Source: Chamaesiphon sp. (GTDB lineage Bacteria > Cyanobacteriota > Cyanobacteriia > Cyanobacteriales > Chamaesiphonaceae). From it: 64,000 nt of DNA. Each line of letters opens with the position of its first letter. The first letter of the stretch is position 1. The stretch is taken from positions 96,001 to 160,000 of the forward strand of contig CBDFFH010000002.1 of NCBI GenBank assembly GCA_965246715.1, read 5' to 3'. Positions 23,186 through 32,957 of the stretch are shown piece after piece. The position numbers and the translations under genes are program-made. Below the pieces are notes generated by a model, which saw nothing but the letters and a program-made list of their open reading frames with translations, was not told where the DNA came from and did not search any database.

Positions 23186-23632
23186 CTAGAGCTTCAGAAT
23201 TTGTGCCGCGACTCGATCGCTAATCGGCATTATCGAGAGGCGATTGCCCTGTCTGACGACAATTAATTCATCAGCGGTAAATCGCTCGCGCAATACCGCG
23301 AGATCGATTTGGTGCTGGAAAGTTTTGATAAATTCTACTTTGACGGTATGCCAACGTGGTGCGGTAGTGGTAGAGCGCGGATCGTAGTAATCGCCTTCAG
23401 GATCGAATTGGGAAGGATCGACGAGTTGCGATTCGATCACCCGCATCAGTCCGACGATCCCTGGTGGTGTGACATTGGAATGATAGAAAAATGCCAGATC
23501 GCCAACTGTCATCGACTTGAGAAAGTTGCGCGCCTGATAATTTCTGACTCCATCCCAGATTGTGACTCGATCGCGTTCTAGATCCGCAATACTATAAGCA
23601 CTCGGCTCGCACTTCATCAACCAATAATTCAA
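23186..23632 (-). CDS. EVE domain protein
   Basis: YWLMKCEP, WDGVRNYQARN, FFYHS, RLSIMP. Confidence 0.92.
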   Translation of the reverse strand: MNYWLMKCEPSAYSIADLERDRVTIWDGVRNYQARNFLKSMTVGDLAFFYHSNVTPPGIVGLMRVIESQLVDPSQFDPEGDYYDPRSTTTAPRWHTVKVEFIKTFQHQIDLAVLRERFTADELIVVRQGNRLSIMPISDRVAAQILKL

Positions 23633-23701
23633 GCAGTTGTACCAATTAGAGCGGGACGATCTTCCAAATTATTATAGGGAACATTAGGTAATATCTGACG
23701 C

Positions 23702-25396
23702 TTAAATTCCGTGACTTTTGCCGAGTACCCAATGACGGCGGAACGAGCGGGCGAGACTGCTTTCTTTAAATGATAGATAAATCGGTCTACCATGCGGGCA
23801 AGTGCGCGGATTGCGGGTGCGTTGCCAGCGATCGAGTAAGCTTTGCATTTCTGGTAAACTCATCGGCGTACCATTGCGGATCGCACAGCGACAAGCAACT
23901 GCAACCTGTGCTGCTTGTAAATCTCCACCCAGACTGAGTTCGGTAATCGCCGCCGCTAAATCTTCGCGCATCAGTAAGGGTGCGGGTGCCGTCCGAATCG
24001 CCCACAAGCCTTCCCCGAAAGAATCTACAGTGAGATCGATCGCTGCTAACTGCTCGATTTGCCGTTCTGACAAGTGCGAGAGAATAATCGGCGGTTCTAG
24101 TGGTAAGAGTTGCCAAGCAGCGGTTATTTGCTCGAATAGCACCCGTTCGTGCGCGATATGTTGCTCTACCAACCACAAGCCATCGGGATGTTCGGCCACG
24201 ATGTAGGTATCGCGCACTTGTCCGACTGCGCGGAGTTCGAGTAAACCCAATCCATCGCCGTCATTTAAAGTGGGTGCGTTATCGTTAGCCCCCAGGTGTC
24301 GCGAGATTTGATATGTGCCCTGCTGTTCGGCAACGATCAGTAATTTCCCGATCCGACTGGTACGCTCGTCTGCATCGATCTGTTCGGGATGCAGATTTAA
24401 GGCGCGATCGATCGCATCTACCACTCGTGATTGCCAGTATTCGAGCTGTTGGAGATAGATCTCGACTTTAGCAGGGTGACGATTCCAATCGATGTAGTGC
24501 GGCGGGATCTGAAGATGGAGAAAACAGACGGGATAGCGATCGCGTGGTAAGGTGCGCGCTAACGCACTAACGATTGTTTGTTCTAGTTCTGGTACTCTCA
24601 CGATCCGCCCATTAACCGCTACCTTTACCCAGTCTAAGCGATGGCGATGACAGCGATCGGGTAAACCTAATGTGAGTCGAACTTGTGAATTGAGAATTTC
24701 CCCATCTGGCTCAGAAACGTTAAGTTCCACGTATTGCAGATCGCTAACTCTGACTTTCGGTAATAGTTGGGGAATCAGTTGCTGGGCCGTTTTACTCGCT
24801 ACTAGCTGAAACCACTGGCGACTATCTTGGTGGAGCGTCCAACTGACCTGTGGATGACACAGTGCGAGATGGTAAATTACCAACTGGACTTGGCGCAATT
24901 GACAATTGAGGTTGGGTAAACCTTCCCGTCTGGCTTCCCAATCGCCAAACAGATTTTCGACGCTAATGACGGTACCGGAGGCAATCGCGACTTCCTGATA
25001 GCGGACGACTTCCCCCTGATGGTTATAAACTAGATGCCAACCGTCGGGACTGTGGCGGGGACGGCTGTAGATTTCCAGATCGGCAAGTTGGGCGAGACTG
25101 TGCAGTGCTTCGCCCCGAAACCCCAGACTGGTAATGTGAAATAAGTCATCGCGATCGCCAATTTTACTGGTACTGTGAGCGGTCGCAGCTTGGTGCAGAT
25201 CTGTTAATTCGATCCCACTGCCATTATCGGCGACGCGGATTTGCCAGCGATCGAGCAGTAGTGAAACCGTAATTCTCGTCGCTCCAGCATCGAGAGCATT
25301 TTCACAAAGTTCGCGGACGACAGCAGCGAGCGAGTCAATTACTTCTCCCGCCGCGATCGTATGAATTACATCAATGGGTAGAGTCAGAATCGACAT
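23702..25396 (-). CDS. mutL: DNA mismatch repair endonuclease MutL
   Basis: IAAGEVI, ENALDAGA, GFRGEAL, EQHIAHER, CPHGRP. Confidence 0.97.
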   Translation of the reverse strand: MSILTLPIDVIHTIAAGEVIDSLAAVVRELCENALDAGATRITVSLLLDRWQIRVADNGSGIELTDLHQAATAHSTSKIGDRDDLFHITSLGFRGEALHSLAQLADLEIYSRPRHSPDGWHLVYNHQGEVVRYQEVAIASGTVISVENLFGDWEARREGLPNLNCQLRQVQLVIYHLALCHPQVSWTLHQDSRQWFQLVASKTAQQLIPQLLPKVRVSDLQYVELNVSEPDGEILNSQVRLTLGLPDRCHRHRLDWVKVAVNGRIVRVPELEQTIVSALARTLPRDRYPVCFLHLQIPPHYIDWNRHPAKVEIYLQQLEYWQSRVVDAIDRALNLHPEQIDADERTSRIGKLLIVAEQQGTYQISRHLGANDNAPTLNDGDGLGLLELRAVGQVRDTYIVAEHPDGLWLVEQHIAHERVLFEQITAAWQLLPLEPPIILSHLSERQIEQLAAIDLTVDSFGEGLWAIRTAPAPLLMREDLAAAITELSLGGDLQAAQVAVACRCAIRNGTPMSLPEMQSLLDRWQRTRNPRTCPHGRPIYLSFKESSLARSFRRHWVLGKSHGI

Positions 25397-25490
25397 TTAA
25401 CAGCAGGTAGTCAGCACAAATTTTTACCCGGTGGGGGTATCAAACAAGCGAGGCTTAAAATTTCAATCGGTAGCGAGCGAGCGAGCGCAG

Positions 25491-25628
25491 TTAGACCACG
25501 TAAGCGTGGCGGATCGCCCAAATAATTAGAATCGAGATCCCGCCGAGTACCAGCGTTGAGGAGACGACGATCGCTAGTGGACTATCGGCCCCTTTAAATT
25601 TCATGATGCCGCGATCGAGATCTGACAT
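25491..25628 (-). CDS. ndhQ: NDH-1L small subunit NdhQ (45 aa, below ORF-track cutoff)
   Basis: Manual translation MSDLDRGIMKFKGADSPLAIVVSSTLVLGGISILIIWAIRHAYVV; the RGIMKFxGADSP + single TM + AY pattern matches NdhQ as recalled. Confidence 0.82.
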   Translation of the reverse strand: MSDLDRGIMKFKGADSPLAIVVSSTLVLGGISILIIWAIRHAYVV

Positions 25629-25764
25629 GATTATGCGTGGTAAGGATAGTTTCTCTATACTATTTTAGCAGGAATCGCTCGTCATGGCTCGACGACCGAT
25701 GGTAAGATCCGGTTGTTCGATCTACTAACGCTAAGATTAATATCGATCTAGCGAGTGAGGAATC

Positions 25765-26781
25765 TTGGGGATTGCTGTAGAAAATGTATCCAAATGCTTT
25801 GGGAACTTCCAGGCTGTCGATCGGGTGAGTCTCGAAATTGGCTCTGGCTCTTTGGTCGCACTGCTCGGCCCTTCGGGTTCTGGGAAGTCTACCCTGCTCA
25901 GATTGATTGCTGGCTTAGAAACACCCGATCGGGGGCGAATTTGGCTCACCGGGGCTGATGCAACTCATCAGAGCGTCAGCGAACGGAATATTGGCTTTGT
26001 CTTCCAGCACTATGCATTATTCAAACATTTAACCGTCAGGCAAAATATCGCCTTCGGTTTAGAAATTCGCCAAGCAACCCCCACGACAGTTAGAAATAAA
26101 GTCGAAGAACTGCTCGAATTAGTGCAATTAAGCGGTTTGGGAAATCGTTATCCAGCACAACTTTCTGGTGGACAACGCCAGCGAGTGGCACTAGCTAGAG
26201 CCTTAGCTATCGAACCCAAAGTATTACTCCTCGACGAACCGTTTAGCGCGTTGGATGCCCGCGTCCGCAAAGATTTACGGGCTTGGCTGCGAAATCTGCA
26301 CGATAAAATTCGCGTTACTACCGTCATTGTCACGCACGATCGCCAAGAAGCGATGGAAGTCGCCGACAAACTGGTGATTATGAATCAGGGACATATCGAA
26401 CAAGTGGGTACTCCCGCCGAGATTTACGATCGGCCAGCGAATGCGTTTGTGATGAGTTTTATCGGACAAGTAAATATCCTCCCTGGCAGCGCGAATATCT
26501 TCCAGGGCAGTGGTTTTGAGACGATCGAGCCTGAAGTATTTCTACGACCGCAGGATATCGCGATCGAGACTAAACCAACAACAACTACAGTTAGGGCAAA
26601 AGTCTCGCGAACGATCCATCTCGGCTCCGAAATTCAAGCAGAATTAACGCTCGATGATGGGCAAATAATCATGGCACATCTGACGAGAGAACGCTTTGAC
26701 GAGCTACAACTCGAACCCCAACAGCAGGTATTTGTCAAACCTAAAGAAACTAAATCTTTTCCGATCGATTTTGCGATTTAA
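25765..26781 (+). CDS. cysA: Sulfate/thiosulfate ABC transporter ATP-binding subunit
   Basis: [25 protein letters not shown]-terminal TOBE. Confidence 0.9.
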   Translation: MGIAVENVSKCFGNFQAVDRVSLEIGSGSLVALLGPSGSGKSTLLRLIAGLETPDRGRIWLTGADATHQSVSERNIGFVFQHYALFKHLTVRQNIAFGLEIRQATPTTVRNKVEELLELVQLSGLGNRYPAQLSGGQRQRVALARALAIEPKVLLLDEPFSALDARVRKDLRAWLRNLHDKIRVTTVIVTHDRQEAMEVADKLVIMNQGHIEQVGTPAEIYDRPANAFVMSFIGQVNILPGSANIFQGSGFETIEPEVFLRPQDIAIETKPTTTTVRAKVSRTIHLGSEIQAELTLDDGQIIMAHLTRERFDELQLEPQQQVFVKPKETKSFPIDFAI

Positions 26782-26821
26782 TGATTAATTATCAGCGACG
26801 ATCGATCTTAGAGCAAACCAG

Positions 26822-26871
26822 CCAAATTTAGGGTAGGGGCAATTCATGAATTGCCCCTACCCTAAATTTGG
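26822..26871. repeat. Perfect 50-bp palindrome with GTAG-type REP core
   Basis: CCAAATTTAGGGTAGGGGCAATTCATGAATTGCCCCTACCCTAAATTTGG. Confidence 0.8.
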
Positions 26872-26896
26872 TGGGCATTTTATCCCGCAATAATTA

Positions 26897-27181
26897 ACGT
26901 CAGTTCGGGATAAGAATTTAAGCTACGCCCCCAATTCAAGCACCCGACGATCGATAAACTCCACCCACAAATCGACCCATAGTGCGGAGCTAATGCGAAG
27001 CGCGTCTTGCTGCTCAAAAACCAACCCTTGTGCAGGGGAGTTTGAGGGGCGGCACCCCGCTCCTCAACGGGGGGTCTGGGGGAAGCCTCCCCCAGATCCG
27101 GGTTCCTCAGCACCAATAACTTAGAACCAAGCACCAGTCCAAGAATGGTCTAAAAGGGAAATCCTCATCCCGAACTGATGT
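26897..27181. mobile_element. ~285-bp MITE, TA-flanked
   Basis: TA|ACGTCAGTTCGGGATAAG ... CTCATCCCGAACTGATGT|TA; near-identical to 50672-50958. Confidence 0.85.
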
Positions 27182-27187
27182 TAATTA

Positions 27188-28504
27188 TCAAGATCGCAAT
27201 TTAAACAGCAACCATAATACTTCAATTAATAGCGCTATGATTGTTGCCATTGCCGCCGCTATCGCCCCACCGCTACCAGCATTCACCGCGCACCAAGCAA
27301 TTGTCAATAACACAGTAGTCCCGATCCAAGTAGCTTGATTGACGCTGCCAGTTTTTGCCGCACTGACCAAGAAACCTTGCATCGCATTTTGCATTGCTAC
27401 CAATAATGGCATCAATGTAAAAATCATCAGTACGGGTTTGATATTATCGGCTAAAACTCGATCGCTGCCGATGAAACCACGCACGATCCAGTCCCCGATC
27501 GTGGTAGTGCTAATAAGTAATAGTAAAACCGAGCAACCGCCACCGACAGATAATGCAAACTTTAGTAGCAATCGATCGGGAACTCGTCCTTGATATTTGA
27601 TAATCATCTGCTGCACCATCCGCGTAGAGTTAGAAATTATTAATACCAAGCCTGAAGCCGCAGGCCATGCGGCGAGGGAGATCGAGGCATCGACACATCG
27701 GGCGACAAGTCCGACTAATACCGCACGTCCGCCCCAAGTAATTAGCATCGAAGTCGCTAATGGTCGATAAAATCGCCACATGCTCGGTAAATTTTGTGGA
27801 AGTGTGGGTGTAGCTAATGGTGGCGGTGAGTCTGTCGCACCACAGCGGTAAGCCACGATCGTAATCCAACAGGCTTCTACTAGTACCCCACCGATGAGTG
27901 CAGCGCCAGCTAAAATCGCCCCAGAGCTATCGATCGCGACCCCGCTAGCTAGAATTATCCCCATCGTTACTAGGCGCGCGATACTCGCTCTAGCGATCGC
28001 TTGCGAGTTGCCACGATGGATCAGCAATCCTTGGAAATAACGCCGCCATGCGATCGCAAACGGCCAGAGGATCAGTAGTAATAGCGATTGCTGGACTTTG
28101 CCAGCTAAAGCTACGGGGATACCCAAGAAGCTCTCCCCCACTCGATCGAAGATGACGGGTAATGCCAGTAGTCCCAGGCACAGACTCAAACTGCCCCCAG
28201 CTAACAGCATAAATTGCCAGAGTACTTGCCGCGATCGACGATCGGCGGCTACCGCATTTGATGCGTGCAGCAGCATGATAATCGGGCTTTCAAAGAAGAT
28301 CGCTAGCGTGCGTGCGATCCCGACTGCGGCCAAATTACTGCGGGCATCTGGTAAGTGTGCGAGTGTCGTTGTCAGCAATGGATCGCCAGCCGCCATTGTT
28401 ACGTCGCTCAGAGACAGTGGGATAAATTCTCGCCACAGTCGTCCGATGCCGATCTGGGATGCGGCTGGCTGTCGATCCTTCGTAAACTTCACAATTGGCA
28501 CCAA
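27188..28504 (-). CDS. Multi-TM MATE/MOP-superfamily-like transporter
   Basis: About 12 hydrophobic segments in two halves, each starting W..F.PL; start uncertain. Confidence 0.65.
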   Translation of the reverse strand: MVPIVKFTKDRQPAASQIGIGRLWREFIPLSLSDVTMAAGDPLLTTTLAHLPDARSNLAAVGIARTLAIFFESPIIMLLHASNAVAADRRSRQVLWQFMLLAGGSLSLCLGLLALPVIFDRVGESFLGIPVALAGKVQQSLLLLILWPFAIAWRRYFQGLLIHRGNSQAIARASIARLVTMGIILASGVAIDSSGAILAGAALIGGVLVEACWITIVAYRCGATDSPPPLATPTLPQNLPSMWRFYRPLATSMLITWGGRAVLVGLVARCVDASISLAAWPAASGLVLIISNSTRMVQQMIIKYQGRVPDRLLLKFALSVGGGCSVLLLLISTTTIGDWIVRGFIGSDRVLADNIKPVLMIFTLMPLLVAMQNAMQGFLVSAAKTGSVNQATWIGTTVLLTIAWCAVNAGSGGAIAAAMATIIALLIEVLWLLFKLRS

Positions 28505-28861
28505 TATCAGTGGGAGGGCGCGACTGTTAGAGAGCTAGTCTCTGCCGCAGCTTGGATCGTAGCACATTCGGTTTTGTCGATCGGTTGCGTTGCGCTCACC
28601 GTCTGGAATCGACGAGATCCGCTCGGTCGCGATTTGCTGTAATTTTAAAATTACAGATCGAACATTTGCGGAATTAACTAAAGATGATTGGAAGTATTAA
28701 TTACAGCAACGAAACCAGAATTTGGAGCGTTTGCTGTAACCAAAGCCTCGATTTGCTCGATAAATCATTATAAATAAATCACTATTTTTTCTAATCAGTC
28801 CGCACGAGAAGATCGAGATCTGAAATTTCAATTTTACTCACGCAGTCATCACCATAAAATC

Positions 28862-29719
28862 ATGATTAATCCACTCAAGCTCTGTTCGACTCTCACCTGC
28901 TGTCTCAGCCTTACTGGAGTAGTCTCGATCGTCGGGTCCGCTACACCTACCTTTGCCGCAGCCACGAATCAAGTGCAACCAACGATCTCACAGTCTCAAC
29001 CTTTCGATCGCGCGATTGCCTACGATCGCCAAGATACTCAAGCACTGGTCAAACAAGGTGCCAGCAAGGTGAAATCGGGACAGTTTGAGTCCGCAGTTAG
29101 TGACTACGATCGGGCGATCGAACTCGATCCTCAATATGCAGTAGCTTATGTCGGTCGAGCGAAAGCAAAAGAGAATTTGGGAGATCGAGATGGTGCAATT
29201 CTCGATTACGATCGGGCGATCTCGATCGATCGGAAGAATGCCGATGCCTATCATAATCGCGGTAAAGCAAAAGAACATTTGGGAGAGTTAGCTGGCGCAA
29301 TTGCGGACTTCGATTTAGCGCTAGCGATCGATCCACAGAATGCGGATACTTACTATCATCGGGGGATGGCAAACGATCGAGCAGATCGGCACAAGGAAGC
29401 AGTGATCGACTTCAATCGCGCGATCGCCCTACAGCCTAAATCGTTTGAAGCTTATCATGGTCGTGGCGATGCCAAAGCCAATTTGAAAGATTTACAGGGA
29501 GCGAGTAATGACTATAGCAAAGCAATCTCGCTAAATCCTCAATATGCGGAAGCTTACTGCAATCGGGGTCTGGCTAAATATAAGCTGGGTGATAAACAAA
29601 GTGCATTTGCCGATTTAAACAAGGCATCAGATATCTATCGTCAACAAAATCGGCTGGATTCAGCTTATCAGATGATCGATCTCGTCAAAAAGTTGAGTCA
29701 AGGAGCAGCTAAATCATAA
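28862..29719 (+). CDS. Secreted TPR protein
   Basis: Signal peptide, then about six TPRs (DYDRAIELDPQYAVAY). Confidence 0.9.
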   Translation: MINPLKLCSTLTCCLSLTGVVSIVGSATPTFAAATNQVQPTISQSQPFDRAIAYDRQDTQALVKQGASKVKSGQFESAVSDYDRAIELDPQYAVAYVGRAKAKENLGDRDGAILDYDRAISIDRKNADAYHNRGKAKEHLGELAGAIADFDLALAIDPQNADTYYHRGMANDRADRHKEAVIDFNRAIALQPKSFEAYHGRGDAKANLKDLQGASNDYSKAISLNPQYAEAYCNRGLAKYKLGDKQSAFADLNKASDIYRQQNRLDSAYQMIDLVKKLSQGAAKS

Positions 29720-29806
29720 GTTTCGATCGTAGAGTCATTCAGATCGAGCGGCACGAGCGATCGACTAAGCTAAAATTATTGATATGCCACCAACTGAGAA
29801 ACCGCG

Positions 29807-30220
29807 ATGATGCGCTGGCGACTAGCCTCGAACATAGCTCTCGTAGCAACAATAATTACGCTCCAAGCTTGTAATGTCCAACTAAAGCATGGCGCAGCTA
29901 CACCCGATTTAGTGGTCGAGCAATATATTTTAGCTTTAGAAACAAGAGATTATGCTCTGATGACGAAGCTCCAGCCACAAAACTCTGTGAGTAAAGCAAC
30001 TGCACCTACAATCTCCCGTCTGGGTGGGCACCAGTTTCAAGATCTTCAATTTACATACACTAAAACTAAGCCAACTTTGCGGGTGGCCAAAATAACTGCT
30101 GTTTACCTCGATCGCAAGAATAACCGACACAAGTTTGAAGATACGATCTCAATTATTTATCAAGGTACGGAATCGTGGAAATTATACCGAGGCCGTTGGT
30201 ATTTATCATTGAGTAGTTAG
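29807..30220 (+). CDS. Hypothetical lipoprotein
   Basis: Lipobox-like LQAC after a hydrophobic stretch. Confidence 0.6.
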   Translation: MMRWRLASNIALVATIITLQACNVQLKHGAATPDLVVEQYILALETRDYALMTKLQPQNSVSKATAPTISRLGGHQFQDLQFTYTKTKPTLRVAKITAVYLDRKNNRHKFEDTISIIYQGTESWKLYRGRWYLSLSS

Positions 30221-30233
30221 CTGATTTTGGTCT

Positions 30234-31145
30234 CTAGCTACTATTATCGGCCAGCTCTAAGGCTATTTTTAGCAATCGATTCAGTGTTGGCGAATCATCA
30301 TTCGTGCGCCAGACGATCGAGATTTTGGCGAGACAATCTGCCAGTGACGACCCGGTTGCTAAGTTATGAATCGGTTTATAGACGACCCCTTGACGTTGGG
30401 CTTCTTGAATCGATGCTGGCAAGATCGATACACCTAGATTTGCCGATACCAGACTCACGATCGTTTGCATCTGGATGCACTCCTGAACTACCATCGGACT
30501 GAAACCAGCCGCTTGACAGAGGGTAATAATCGGATCGTATAATCCCGGTGCGAGTTGGCGCGGGAAGAGAATAAATTGCGCTGTTGCGAGTAGCGCTAGA
30601 TCGATCGTTGCCATTGTCGCTAAGTGATGCGAGACAGGCAAAGCGACGACCAAAGATTCTTGAAAAATTACTTCGCTGCTGACATCTGGCTCGATTATCG
30701 GCGGACGCATCAACCCCAGATCGATGCTTCCTTCGCGCAGTAAAATTAACTGTCGATCTGTCGTGAGTTCGTGCAGTTCGATGTGGACTGCGGGATAAAG
30801 ATCGCGAAACTGCTGAAGGATCGCTGGCAAGATATTATAAGTTGCTGAGCCGACAAACCCGATCGAGATTTGGCCTAATTCACCCCGACTGGTTTTGCGC
30901 CCAATTTCGATCGCTTGGGCTAATTGCTGAAAAATTCGATCGACTTGAAGCAGAAATACTTGTCCTGCGGGAGTGAGCGTAACGGATCGTTTGGTGCGGT
31001 TGAATAGCTCGAAACCCAACTCAGCTTCGAGTTGACGGATTTGATGGCTCAATGGCGGTTGCGCGATATGCAACTTTTCCGCCGCACGCCCAAAGTGCAG
31101 TTCGGTAGCAACAGTCCGAAAATAACGCAGGTGACGCAATTCCAT
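30234..31145 (-). CDS. LysR-family transcriptional regulator
   Basis: MELRHLRYF...HFGRAAEKLHIAQPPLSHQIRQLE. Confidence 0.95.
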   Translation of the reverse strand: MELRHLRYFRTVATELHFGRAAEKLHIAQPPLSHQIRQLEAELGFELFNRTKRSVTLTPAGQVFLLQVDRIFQQLAQAIEIGRKTSRGELGQISIGFVGSATYNILPAILQQFRDLYPAVHIELHELTTDRQLILLREGSIDLGLMRPPIIEPDVSSEVIFQESLVVALPVSHHLATMATIDLALLATAQFILFPRQLAPGLYDPIITLCQAAGFSPMVVQECIQMQTIVSLVSANLGVSILPASIQEAQRQGVVYKPIHNLATGSSLADCLAKISIVWRTNDDSPTLNRLLKIALELADNSS

Positions 31146-31320
31146 TCTCGAACGATACCACTCTGTTTGACCTACTGGAGTATTTAAAAACCAATTGGCT
31201 TTAAACAGTTGCTACCCATAACGTAAGTTCGGGTTAAGAATATTGGCTCTGCACTAGCATCGCACTCGATTGAAATCGGTGCTAATGTTGCTAAGTCCGC
31301 CTTCGTGGACTGATTATTTA

Positions 31321-31637
31321 ACGTCAGTTCGGGTTAAGGATTTCCCTTGTAGGCCATTCAAGGACTGGTGCTTGGTCTTAAGTTATTGGTGCTAAGGAAC
31401 CCGGATCTGGGGGTTCCGACCCCCAGATCCCCCGGTGAAGGGCGGAGTGCCGCCCCTCAAACTCCCCTGTCTTGACTCGCTAAACCGTCGGGAAACCCGA
31501 CGAGCGCGAGTCGCTGCACAAGGGTTAGTTGGTTGGCAGCGGGGCGCGCTTCGCATTAGCTTCGCACTGGGAATCGATCTGTGGGTTGGGGTTTATTTTT
31601 TGTGGGCGGATCCGAAATCCTTATCCCGAATTCACGT
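31321..31637. mobile_element. MITE of the 285-bp family, inverted, nested in a cruciform repeat
   Basis: TA|ACGTCAGTTCGGGTTAAG ... CTTATCCCGAATTCACGT|TA; interior is the reverse complement of the 26897 copy plus an insert. Confidence 0.8.
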
Positions 31638-31721
31638 TATTTAGTCCGCCTCGCGGACTTGGCAACATTAGCAGCGACTTCAGTCGCTAGCACTAAATAT
31701 CTGTCTGCCGTCACCTAGCCA

Positions 31722-32942
31722 CTAGCCACCAATTAGCTCCGCCACGCGCATTGCCGATGAGATCGCGCCTTCATGCAATCCATCGCAGAGATAAGCACCT
31801 GCATGGTAAGTATGATGTTCGCCGTTGGTTGCCACGACTTCATCGCGATAGTGGAACGACTCGACCGTATATCCTGGTGTATGATGCTGCTGTGTGTGGA
31901 CGATGTGACGGGAATCGATCGTCTCTTCTAAATGAAAGGCTAAACTATACCGCAACGGGGAATTAATTCCACAGAGCTGGTTGAGATAAGCATTGTAACC
32001 CCAGCTAGATTTGGTCTGAAAGAAGTCAAATTCTGTCAGTTGCTCGATCCCATGTCGGGCGTACATCGATGTGTCTGTATGGATCGTGGTCGTGGCATAA
32101 TTGGGTTGCCAAGCACCAAAACGTCTGAGTTCTGCCACAGTAGGATCGGCGAGTAATGCCAACACGCGATCGGGTGGAGTCGCAAAGATGACTTTATCGA
32201 ATAATTGAGTTGTACCATCAGCTAAGTGAATCTGGATGCCACCATCAACCAATCGCCAGATTTGGGTAATATTAGCATTGAGATATACTTTGCCCCGAAA
32301 GCGTTCGAGAATCTTTTCGATATAAGCATAAACTCCACCTTTAACGCGCACCCATTCAGTCAGTACATAATCGCGTAAAGCCGGAATTGCTAGCTCTGCG
32401 GGGACATTATCGATCGACTCAAACGGAATCGAGTAACTATACATCGTCAATAATTTCAGCCAGTCATTGCGCGCCGATTTACCCGGCAAATATTGCGATA
32501 ACGGTCGATCGTAAAAACTTTGTAAATTGGCAGCAGCTAATTTCCAGCGCAATCTCAGGGTTTGTAAAACGATCGTATTCAGACGCAAATATTCGATCGC
32601 GCGCGCGATCCCCTTGAAATTTTTCCGAATCGTGGTGCCAGAGAGAACGTGTCCACCATCGCGAAAAAACAGCGCCGAACCGAGATCGACTGGCTCTAGT
32701 TCTACGCGTAATTCTTGCATCAACGCCAGAAAATTATGAAACTTGCGTGTAAATTCGACAACTCCAGCTTCGAGAAATAATCCAGGCTCTTGCAGTTTGG
32801 TGCTGACATTTTTATTTAAGGTGCGAATATGTCCGCCTAACATTGGTTGGCTCTCAAATACACTGACTTGATGCCCTTTTTTGTCGAGCAGGTAGGCAGA
32901 TACCATTCCACTCGCACCACCGCCGATAACTGCTATTTTCAT
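31722..32942 (-). CDS. FAD-dependent oxidoreductase (amine oxidase-like)
   Basis: IAVIGGGASG, GGHIRT, GAYLCDGLHEGAISSA. Confidence 0.85.
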   Translation of the reverse strand: MKIAVIGGGASGMVSAYLLDKKGHQVSVFESQPMLGGHIRTLNKNVSTKLQEPGLFLEAGVVEFTRKFHNFLALMQELRVELEPVDLGSALFFRDGGHVLSGTTIRKNFKGIARAIEYLRLNTIVLQTLRLRWKLAAANLQSFYDRPLSQYLPGKSARNDWLKLLTMYSYSIPFESIDNVPAELAIPALRDYVLTEWVRVKGGVYAYIEKILERFRGKVYLNANITQIWRLVDGGIQIHLADGTTQLFDKVIFATPPDRVLALLADPTVAELRRFGAWQPNYATTTIHTDTSMYARHGIEQLTEFDFFQTKSSWGYNAYLNQLCGINSPLRYSLAFHLEETIDSRHIVHTQQHHTPGYTVESFHYRDEVVATNGEHHTYHAGAYLCDGLHEGAISSAMRVAELIGG

Positions 32943-32957
32943 TTTTTTACTTAATTT

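Noticed and set aside
26880..27134. ORFs at 3758, 26880, 31435, 50839 and 57192-57474
   Set aside because: They lie within MITEs or repeats.
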